From the IMG/VR virus record IMGVR_UViG_3300025138_000013: a DNA stretch of 64,000 nucleotides. One strand, 5' to 3'. This DNA is from a virus. The notes beneath the pieces were generated by a model. It was not told the DNA's origin. It saw only the letters and a program-made list of their open reading frames with translations, and did no database searches. Within the stretch, counting starts at the first letter, position 1; the number at the start of each line of letters is the position of its first letter. Of the stretch, positions 17,579 to 25,478 are shown piece by piece. The position numbers and the translations under genes were made by a program.

Positions 17579-18937
17579 ATGCCTATAGGTAATAGACAGC
17601 AACCCGCTAGCAGATTTGCTCAAACATCTGTCAATGTACAGACGCCTTCGATTGTGCAACAACCGTTTACATATAGTGCAAGATATCCAGCGAATGCACA
17701 GCAACCTTTTACATTCCAAGCACCATTTACGTATAATGCTAGATATCCAGCGAATGCACAACAACCGTTCACATTCCAAGCACCATTTACGTATAGGAAC
17801 CCTACTAACGCAAGACAACCAAATAGTGCAAGGAACCCATTTACATATAGACAACCGTACATTGCAAATGCAAGGCAACCTAATTCATACCAACATAGGT
17901 CACCATTTACGTACAGTTATGGGTCTCCATTTACATATAGGGTTCCTGTATCTGCACAAGAACCTAATATTCGTTCTGCAAGACAACCGAGTTCATATCA
18001 ACATAGAAGTCCTTTGACGTATTCACACAGGTCACCGTTTACGTATAGTCATAGGTCACCATTTACGTATGCTAGGCAAGGTCAAACACCGTTTACTTAT
18101 AATCATAGGTCACCATTCACTTACAGAAATCCAGTAAATGCACAAGAACCTAATATTAGAAGCAATCAGCAACCTAACATTAGAAGTCAACAAGAACCTA
18201 ATATTAGAAATGCACAAGCAGCGTTTACATATAACCATAGAAGTCCGTTCACTTATAGGAATCCTGTATCTGCACAAGAGCCTAATATTAGAAACCAACA
18301 AGAACCTAATATAAGAAATCAGCAAGAACCTAATATTAGAAACAATCAAGCACCATTTACGTACAATCATAGGTCACCGTCTACTTATCAGAATCCTAGT
18401 AATGCACAGGAACCTAATATTCGTTCTGCACAACAACCTAATATTAGAAGTCAACAAGAGCCTAATATTAGAAACAATCAGACACCGTTTACGTATAGTC
18501 ATAGGTCACCGTTTACTTATCAGAATCCTAGTAATGCACGTCAACCTTCTACGTATCAACATAGGTCGCCGTTCACTTATAGGAATCCTGTAAATGCACA
18601 AGAGCCTAATATTAGAAACAGAGATACTACATTCCCTTACATCGCAGTAGCCCAAGAACCTAATATAAGGAATGCACAAACACCGTTCACATATCAAAGA
18701 ACTGGTCAGTCACCTGTAATATATTCTCACAGGTCACCATTTACGTATGCTAGACAAGGTCAAACACCAACGACTTATAACCATAGAAGTCCGTTCACGT
18801 ATCAAAGAACTGGTCAAACACCAACGACTTATCAACATAGAAGTCCGTTTACATATAATAGAACTGGTCAAACGCCTGAAGCAAGATGGGATGGAGTGGT
18901 ATCACAACAGTGGCCTGCAACACCAATTACGTCATAG
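17579..18937 (+). CDS. Modular repeat protein 'B' (47 modules, aa 7-430), mirror-complement partner of 16037-17527
   Basis: AGGA SD-like motif upstream; 424 aa repeat region. Confidence 0.85.
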   Translation: MPIGNRQQPASRFAQTSVNVQTPSIVQQPFTYSARYPANAQQPFTFQAPFTYNARYPANAQQPFTFQAPFTYRNPTNARQPNSARNPFTYRQPYIANARQPNSYQHRSPFTYSYGSPFTYRVPVSAQEPNIRSARQPSSYQHRSPLTYSHRSPFTYSHRSPFTYARQGQTPFTYNHRSPFTYRNPVNAQEPNIRSNQQPNIRSQQEPNIRNAQAAFTYNHRSPFTYRNPVSAQEPNIRNQQEPNIRNQQEPNIRNNQAPFTYNHRSPSTYQNPSNAQEPNIRSAQQPNIRSQQEPNIRNNQTPFTYSHRSPFTYQNPSNARQPSTYQHRSPFTYRNPVNAQEPNIRNRDTTFPYIAVAQEPNIRNAQTPFTYQRTGQSPVIYSHRSPFTYARQGQTPTTYNHRSPFTYQRTGQTPTTYQHRSPFTYNRTGQTPEARWDGVVSQQWPATPITS

Positions 18938-18960
18938 GAACCTACCCGACAGTGAACAAA

Positions 18961-18986
18961 GACCCCTCGAAAGAGGGGTTTTTTTT
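18961..18986 (+). terminator. Rho-independent terminator (GAAA loop)
   Basis: ACCCCTC-GAAA-GAGGGGT + T run. Confidence 0.9.
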
Positions 18987-19023
18987 ATCTTACTAAATAT
19001 AGGACAGATATTATGGAGACATC

Positions 19024-20601
19024 ATGCAGAAAATTGAAACCCTAGAACAAGCAAAAGAATTAATAAAACCTTACGACCCTAAGATAACCTCACAAGAGAG
19101 ACAGGCCATAGGCAATTTTCATCTAGGTGCATTTAATATAGAACCAGGCTATTCAAAAACCTCAGAAAGTTATAAAATACTTGAATGGATGTTTGAAGAA
19201 ATTTTACCACCAGTAAAGATTGCAAAGTGGAAAGACTTTGAATATCTAAGAAAGGAAAATAGATTTGGTGGGTTCAATGGGTTAAGAAATGAGTCAGTAA
19301 CATATCATAAATTTTTACCAGTCGGTTATGCAGAGAAACCTAGAAAACCTATTCCAGGCGTAGCAGGTATGGACATGAAAGATTCCGATGGATATGTTAA
19401 TATAGATACATTAATTGATTGGGACTCAGTTGAAAACAGAGACGAACATGCAGAAGGGTCACTATTGTCTATGTACTATCACGGTGCAAAAGCACATTGG
19501 TTAATTCAAAGTATTCAAGAGGAAGGTTTAAGAGCTCCTATTCAAGGGTATGTTGTAGATAATGGTTCCAGTGGTATGAGTACTGAATCTAGTTACACAT
19601 TTAGAATACACCCAGGCTCTATTCGTTCGGGTGTCTTTGAAGAGATGCAAGATAATGATATGGAAATTATGGTAATAGATAATTTTGATGTTGTGAAAGT
19701 GGAACCATCAAGCCTTGACAGCGTATTACAGATGTGGTATAATAAGTTACAAAGACTTAATAAACCATTTCATTGTTCATTTACATATGTAGATGGTTGT
19801 ATTGAATACAATACTGCATTAATGGACTTAGATTTTAGAGATGAAGTACATGCATTTAACAAACAAGTTTATGAACTTGCAAAAGGTAAACCTCTAACAA
19901 TCTATATCGGACATGATAGTAGACATGGAGATTTGTCTAAGCTTTCTAAGTTTGCAATCCTAGAAAGTATTAAAAGCGGATTTGGTAATGGATGGATGCA
20001 TGACCAAATCAGATGGCAACCCGAAGTTAAAATACTTGACATTGCTGAGATTCCCGAGTATACTAGAGAATATGCAAATCAAAGTACTGAATTTACATAC
20101 AGTAGATTCTTAATACCTTATCTAGAGAACTATGAAGGATTTAGTATCTTTATTGATGACGATTTCATCTTTAAGAAAAGTATATTACCTATGTTTTATT
20201 ACTTAAACCCTAATGATGCTGTTGCATGTATACAATATCCACAATACAAACATGATGAAACAAAGTTTGATGGTGAAGTTAATATAGATTACCCTAAGAA
20301 GCTTTGGTCTAGTATGATGGTATTCAATAATGGACATGAAGACTGTAAGAAGCTAACACCCGAAGTTGTTAACACTTGGACAGGAAAACAGCTACATCAA
20401 TTTGAGTGGACAGATAAAATCTCTAAAATACCCGAACATTATATCTTTGTAGAAGGATATGATAACCATGAAGAAAAGTACAACTACAGTGGTATACATT
20501 ATACACGTGGTGGCCCATGGGTAAAAGGGATGGATTATTCAACCATAAATAATCTTGAAGACTTTTTAAAAGTGAAAAGAACATTGCCAATTGGCGATTA
20601 G
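19024..20601 (+). CDS. Fusion: N-terminal ParB/Srx-like region + C-terminal GT-A (GT8/CDI-like) glycosyltransferase
   Basis: C-terminal IYIGHD, STEFTYSRFLIPYL, DDDF (DxD), YPKKLWSS, HYTRGGPW; N-terminal SIQEEGLRAPI..HPG..R; late-promoter variant ACTAAATA 18992-18999. Confidence 0.7.
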   Translation: MQKIETLEQAKELIKPYDPKITSQERQAIGNFHLGAFNIEPGYSKTSESYKILEWMFEEILPPVKIAKWKDFEYLRKENRFGGFNGLRNESVTYHKFLPVGYAEKPRKPIPGVAGMDMKDSDGYVNIDTLIDWDSVENRDEHAEGSLLSMYYHGAKAHWLIQSIQEEGLRAPIQGYVVDNGSSGMSTESSYTFRIHPGSIRSGVFEEMQDNDMEIMVIDNFDVVKVEPSSLDSVLQMWYNKLQRLNKPFHCSFTYVDGCIEYNTALMDLDFRDEVHAFNKQVYELAKGKPLTIYIGHDSRHGDLSKLSKFAILESIKSGFGNGWMHDQIRWQPEVKILDIAEIPEYTREYANQSTEFTYSRFLIPYLENYEGFSIFIDDDFIFKKSILPMFYYLNPNDAVACIQYPQYKHDETKFDGEVNIDYPKKLWSSMMVFNNGHEDCKKLTPEVVNTWTGKQLHQFEWTDKISKIPEHYIFVEGYDNHEEKYNYSGIHYTRGGPWVKGMDYSTINNLEDFLKVKRTLPIGD

Positions 20602-20612
20602 TATGATATAAT
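20584..20612 (+). promoter_or_regulatory. sigma70-type promoter
   Basis: TTGCCA-17 nt-TATAAT with extended -10 TG. Confidence 0.55.
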
Positions 20613-20631
20613 ATTACCGAGGAACTAAATT

Positions 20632-21189
20632 ATGAACGCATTTATATACGACAGTGAGGGAACTTTATTCATCCGTAAACCAAACGGACTTGAATACAAT
20701 TACGATTCTGTAGACAAACCAGCTTTTGATTTCGATTTTGATGTTATCATTTATGATGATATAGAAGTTAAAATATTAAACTACGAAGATGGTCTAGACT
20801 TTGACCGTCAACAAAAAACTGCACTTACAAAAGAAGAGTGTGAAATGATTGAACAATATATTGAGAATAGTGAACCGCCTATAGGTCACAGTCTTAATGC
20901 ACAATACATAAACAATCTTTATAGAACAACTAAAGAATTCATCGACCAAGAATGTCAACAATATAACTTTGATAGTTTATCTGAAGTTACATATGCTGGT
21001 AGGGAAGGTTCAAATCATCCACATAGAAATAATGCTCGAAGAGCAATGGAGTTTGCAGATGCAGTTAATTCTGTTCTAGACCAACTAGTTCAAGAAATCC
21101 AATCTACTAGAGAAGACTTCTTAAAGGAATATGATTCTTATGAGAGTGAATTACCTAGTCCATATACGCCAGAAGATACTAGGCCATAG
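20632..21189 (+). CDS. Putative tail-fibre assembly chaperone-like protein
   Basis: ID...Q.Y.FDSL....YA.......A.....AD.V...L pattern resembles fibre assembly chaperones; located after fibre genes. Confidence 0.4.
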   Translation: MNAFIYDSEGTLFIRKPNGLEYNYDSVDKPAFDFDFDVIIYDDIEVKILNYEDGLDFDRQQKTALTKEECEMIEQYIENSEPPIGHSLNAQYINNLYRTTKEFIDQECQQYNFDSLSEVTYAGREGSNHPHRNNARRAMEFADAVNSVLDQLVQEIQSTREDFLKEYDSYESELPSPYTPEDTRP

Positions 21190-21192
21190 TCA

Positions 21193-21897
21193 ATGGATTT
21201 AAACGTTGAGTTAGAGTTCATCAAAGAACCTTTCCATATCAAAGATATGCCTTTGAAAAAAGTATACGTTTTAGACGATTACTTATCTACAACAATGCAT
21301 CATTGTATTGATGATAAAATAACTAGAAATGCTTTTTGGGGAAAAAGTAATCAAGTAAACTCAAACAGTCCTACAGGATTACCTCATCATAGTTTTTGGG
21401 GAGCAGGTTTCTTCAGAGGCCATGACCAAGAAATAGAACATGATATGGAACCCAAAAAAACATATCTTATGAGATGGTTTAATAGAAAGTTACAAACCGA
21501 CTTTGGATTTATGTGGGAGAGATTTCAATACTTTGGTTTGAATTCTCAGACTCAAGGACTAGAGGGAACAACACATGCAGATTGTGAACCTCAAGATGAT
21601 TGGAATCTTTCATTTTTATATTATCCAAATAAATTTTGGAATGATTCTTGGGGGGGTTCTTTAAGAATGTATGATAAAATGCAACAAGGAATACACGGAA
21701 GAGCAGACCATATTAAAAATCATCAAGTTGCAGAAGTGTATTTTAAACCTAATAGATTATTAATATTTGATGGAAGAATACCACATGGTGCAGACGCACC
21801 CAAACCAGCTGCAAAGTATATGGATAGACGTTCTTTGGTTATAAGAGGGGACGAAATTAGTCTAAGGACTTTATGGGGTGAAGATGCCTACGATTGA
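21193..21897 (+). CDS. 2OG-Fe(II) oxygenase (prolyl-hydroxylase-like)
   Basis: H-x-D (THAD), W...WGG.L, PNRL.IFDG.IPH, terminal R. Confidence 0.85.
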   Translation: MDLNVELEFIKEPFHIKDMPLKKVYVLDDYLSTTMHHCIDDKITRNAFWGKSNQVNSNSPTGLPHHSFWGAGFFRGHDQEIEHDMEPKKTYLMRWFNRKLQTDFGFMWERFQYFGLNSQTQGLEGTTHADCEPQDDWNLSFLYYPNKFWNDSWGGSLRMYDKMQQGIHGRADHIKNHQVAEVYFKPNRLLIFDGRIPHGADAPKPAAKYMDRRSLVIRGDEISLRTLWGEDAYD

Positions 21898-22783
21898 ATT
21901 TACATGTTATGATAAAGAAACCACAGAGAATTGGAAACCAGTTCTAGCAAAGAAACTAGTTCCCGATTGGTGGAAGACTATGAAAGTTCAAGAGAATGTT
22001 CGTGGTCATAAAACTCAGACTATAAGGTCATGTCCTGCTATGGATGACTGGTTAAAGACTGGGTGGTATCTTTGTGCAAAGAAAGACATGAAAGTATTTG
22101 TAAGTGAACATTCTAGTAAATCAAGAACAGACCCACAAGACAGACTTTCATCACCAACACATCCAGCTGGACAAGCAGGTCATCAATTTACTTACTTATC
22201 TAAAGAAGATGCACCAACAAAAGATGCATTCAAAATGAAAGCACCATGGAATATTATTACTCCGCCAGGCTATTCTTGTCTATACCTAGACCCCTTTCTA
22301 TTTCAAAATAAGTATTTTGCAACATGGCAAGGTATGATTGATACAGATGCATTTAATGTGAATATGGATAACTCTCAGATTATTTTCTATCCTAAAACGA
22401 ATAAAGACTTTACAATTAAAGCTGGAACACCATTGGTTCAAATCATTCCATACAGAAGAGAAGATTGGACAGCATCATATATAACTTATGACAATAAATC
22501 GTGGCAAGAAAATAGGTCAGTTAGAACTACTCATAGAGTAGGTGAAGATGGTGGTAAGTTAAAAACAATGGATGAGTGGAATAGGTCACCCGAACTTAGA
22601 GAAGAGAAGAGGCATATCGAAGGAATGGCAGGTGCCTATAGAAGAATTAAGTATTGGAATGAGAAGGGAAGAATGTTTAAAGAAGAGAATCCACCACCCG
22701 AGTGTCCTATGCATAATCCCGATTTAGTAGAACATAAAGCAGAAGTGCAGTTGGATTTATTTGGAGACCAAGATGACAGTTAG
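21884..22783 (+). CDS. Conserved phage protein often beside 2OG oxygenases (DUF6065-like)
   Basis: T...CP...D....G, PW.I.TPPGYS, G.IDTD, I.AGTPL.Q.IP motifs. Confidence 0.55.
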   Translation: MPTIEFTCYDKETTENWKPVLAKKLVPDWWKTMKVQENVRGHKTQTIRSCPAMDDWLKTGWYLCAKKDMKVFVSEHSSKSRTDPQDRLSSPTHPAGQAGHQFTYLSKEDAPTKDAFKMKAPWNIITPPGYSCLYLDPFLFQNKYFATWQGMIDTDAFNVNMDNSQIIFYPKTNKDFTIKAGTPLVQIIPYRREDWTASYITYDNKSWQENRSVRTTHRVGEDGGKLKTMDEWNRSPELREEKRHIEGMAGAYRRIKYWNEKGRMFKEENPPPECPMHNPDLVEHKAEVQLDLFGDQDDS

Positions 22784-23480
22784 ATTAGCATTCCCTACAT
22801 TTATATTTGAAAGAGATGTACTTGACAAAAAGTATGGTAATGCTTCAGTATCAAAAGAATACTTAACATCCCTTAAGAATGAGATGGATGCATGGAGACA
22901 AAGAGACCCAAAAGGTAGACAAATATCAAACAGATATACTGGTTGGCAGTCTCAAGATGGTGTAGAAAAACATCCAGCCTTTCAAAAGATTATTAGATGT
23001 ATTGAAGCTGCATTGAGAGATGAAGTGCAACAATTCTTTAGAGTTCATCCCGACGATTCACAAATCAAAATAGATAATACATGGGCAAACATAAATGATA
23101 AAGGTGCATGGAATACACCACATTTACACAATGGTTGTTGGTATAGTGGAGTCTTTTACGTACATGGAGACGGTGATGAAGGTAACCTTCAACTAATCAA
23201 TACAGACCCGAAGGTAGTTGCAGACCATCCTACTAACGCTAGAATGCACGAGAGTATGGGATATGGGCCTGTTACTGGAAGACTTATAATGTTTCCTAGT
23301 GGTGCAATGCATATGGTAGAACCCAATCCTACAGACAAAGAAAGATACTCAATTTCATTCAATTGTAGAGTACAACAAATAACAAATAGTCGTGAAAGAA
23401 GAGACCCTCAAGGGAATCCACCTCATGAGAATGAATTTACTTTTGAATTAGATGAATTAGGCAACCCCACACTGAACTAA
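22773..23480 (+). CDS. 2OG-Fe(II) oxygenase, TIGR02466-like
   Basis: WANIN..G..N.PHLH, SGVFYV, FPS...H.V.PN, R.SISFN; SD GGAG. Confidence 0.85.
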   Translation: MTVRLAFPTFIFERDVLDKKYGNASVSKEYLTSLKNEMDAWRQRDPKGRQISNRYTGWQSQDGVEKHPAFQKIIRCIEAALRDEVQQFFRVHPDDSQIKIDNTWANINDKGAWNTPHLHNGCWYSGVFYVHGDGDEGNLQLINTDPKVVADHPTNARMHESMGYGPVTGRLIMFPSGAMHMVEPNPTDKERYSISFNCRVQQITNSRERRDPQGNPPHENEFTFELDELGNPTLN

Positions 23481-23497
23481 AATCTCTAAATAGTAGT

Positions 23498-23758
23498 ATG
23501 GAACTTACTATCACACCTTACATACTTTGGAATATCGTTACAGTATTTGTTATCGTACCTATTGGCTTTCTTCTTAGAAACACACTTCAAGAGGTGTCAC
23601 GACAGGGTATTCTACTCAACAAGACTCGTGAAGAGATAGCAAAAGACTATGTCACACGTGAAGAGATTGAGAGAGACATGGCAAAGTTGATAGACCAATT
23701 AAACCGTATCTCAGACAAAATAGACAAACTTACCACAAAGACTTATTTCCAAGAATAA
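23498..23758 (+). CDS. Small membrane protein with coiled coil
   Basis: N-terminal TM helix, KDYVTREE motif; late-promoter variant TCTAAATA 23485-23492. Confidence 0.6.
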   Translation: MELTITPYILWNIVTVFVIVPIGFLLRNTLQEVSRQGILLNKTREEIAKDYVTREEIERDMAKLIDQLNRISDKIDKLTTKTYFQE

Positions 23759-23794
23759 AAAACGCATAAATAGTATTAAACAGGAAATACTATT

Positions 23795-24610
23795 ATGGCA
23801 CAACCCAATTCAAAAGCAACCCTCAAGGAGTATGTCAAGAGAAAACTAGGCGCACCTGTGTTGGAAATCAACGTTGATGACGACCAGTTTGATGATAGGC
23901 TTGATGAAGGTCTTCAATACTTTAGAGAATACTGCTATGATGGTAGTATCAAAACCTATTTAAAACATCAACTTACACAAAATCAGATAGATTCATTCAA
24001 GTCAGATGAATCACATTCAGCTGCCACAGCTGGTGGTCAAGTAATAAGTGGACAAACTTACAAAGAACAACAAAACTATCTCACTCTACCCGAACATGTG
24101 CTATCTGTTTTAAACATTTTACCATTCAACGACAAATCAAATCTTAATATGTTTGATTTGAGATATCAATTAAGATTGAATGACATGTACGACTTATCTT
24201 CAACTAATGTTTTACATTATGAAATGGTGCAACAGAACCTTTCAATGATGAATAATATTCTAGTTGGAAGAACACCTATAAGATACAACATGCATTCTAA
24301 TAGATTATATCTAGATTTAGATGCATCTAGTTTAACAGCTGGTGAATACTTAATCATTGAATGTTACAGAAAGATTGACCCAACAGATATGACAGATGTC
24401 TATGACGATATATGGTTGAAGAAATATTGTACTGCATTAGTTAAGTATCAGTGGGGTGAAAACCTATCTAAGTTTTCGGGAATTGCATTACCTGGCGGAG
24501 TCACATTAGACGCTGCACAAATGAAGTCCGAAGCTCAAGAGGAAATTACAAGATTAGAAGAAGAGTCTAGACTGAATTTTGAAATGCCAGTCATGGACTT
24601 AATGGGATAA
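23795..24610 (+). CDS. gp13: Neck protein gp13
   Basis: LK.Y..R.LG.PV.EINV.DDQ, QWG.NL.KF.G..LPGGV.L. Confidence 0.92.
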   Translation: MAQPNSKATLKEYVKRKLGAPVLEINVDDDQFDDRLDEGLQYFREYCYDGSIKTYLKHQLTQNQIDSFKSDESHSAATAGGQVISGQTYKEQQNYLTLPEHVLSVLNILPFNDKSNLNMFDLRYQLRLNDMYDLSSTNVLHYEMVQQNLSMMNNILVGRTPIRYNMHSNRLYLDLDASSLTAGEYLIIECYRKIDPTDMTDVYDDIWLKKYCTALVKYQWGENLSKFSGIALPGGVTLDAAQMKSEAQEEITRLEEESRLNFEMPVMDLMG

Positions 24611-24614
24611 AAAC

Positions 24615-25478
24615 ATGCCAACAAATGTATTTTTTAACCATGCAGTTAGTACTGAACAGATGTTATTTGAAGACATCGTTGTTGAGTCACTTAGAATGTA
24701 TGGACACGAAACATTTTACCTACCAAGAGAAATTGTAGAGGAAGATACTATCCTTGGTGAAGATGTGCAATCTAAATTTGGAGATGCATACTCAGTAGAA
24801 ATGTACCTAGAAAATACAGATGGATTTGAAGGTGATGGGGATTTAATGTCTAAGTTTGGTGTCTCAGTTAGGGATACTGCAACCTTTGTAATATCGCTAA
24901 GAACATGGGAAAGATTCATTTCTCTTGATTCGAACCTTACAACATCATTAAGACCTAACGAGGGAGATTTAATTTACTTCCCTATGAGTGGTTCAATGTT
25001 TGAAATCAAATTTGTAGAACATGAGAACCCATTCTATCAAGTCGGAAAATTATTTGTATTCAAATTACAATGTGAGTTGTTCGAATACAGTGGAGAGGAT
25101 TTCGATACTGGAACAGTAGTAGACTTAGTAGAAAACGAACAGGCATATACAATCGAAATGGTTGTTTCAAATACAAGTGGAGAATTTACAATTCAAGAAG
25201 CTATAAAATACAGTGGAGCTGCAACTGGTGAAGTTATTGGTTGGACGCCAGGCGCATCAGACGAGATACGTAAACTTACTATCAAGGATGTTACAAGAAC
25301 CCTTGCAGTTGGTGATACCTTAGTTGGTGCATCAAGTGGTAAGACAGTGGTCATAGAATCCATTACAGACGTTCTAACGTTTGCAAATGATGGTGATGCA
25401 CAGAATAAAGACTTCGAAGATAAAGCAGATGGATACCTAGACTTCTCAGAGACAAATCCATTTGGTGAGGTCACATAA
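24615..25478 (+). CDS. gp14: Neck protein gp14
   Basis: E.L..YG...YLPR, RP.EGDLIYFP, FE.KFVE.E.PFYQ.G, DF.E.NPFG. Confidence 0.92.
   Translation: MPTNVFFNHAVSTEQMLFEDIVVESLRMYGHETFYLPREIVEEDTILGEDVQSKFGDAYSVEMYLENTDGFEGDGDLMSKFGVSVRDTATFVISLRTWERFISLDSNLTTSLRPNEGDLIYFPMSGSMFEIKFVEHENPFYQVGKLFVFKLQCELFEYSGEDFDTGTVVDLVENEQAYTIEMVVSNTSGEFTIQEAIKYSGAATGEVIGWTPGASDEIRKLTIKDVTRTLAVGDTLVGASSGKTVVIESITDVLTFANDGDAQNKDFEDKADGYLDFSETNPFGEVT

Noticed and set aside
17525-17581. Stop-codon readthrough fusing A and B (same frame, 51 nt apart)
   Set aside because: Four further in-frame stops (TAG, TAA, TAA, TAA) lie in the spacer, and B has its own AGGA motif.
16193-18868. DNA-level inverted repeat or hairpin as the cause of the mirror pattern
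   Set aside because: The reverse complement of N-module DNA (CAAGAACCTAATATTAGA) does not resemble H-module DNA (AGGTCACCATTTACATAT). Both genes are on the + strand, so the symmetry exists only in protein module order.
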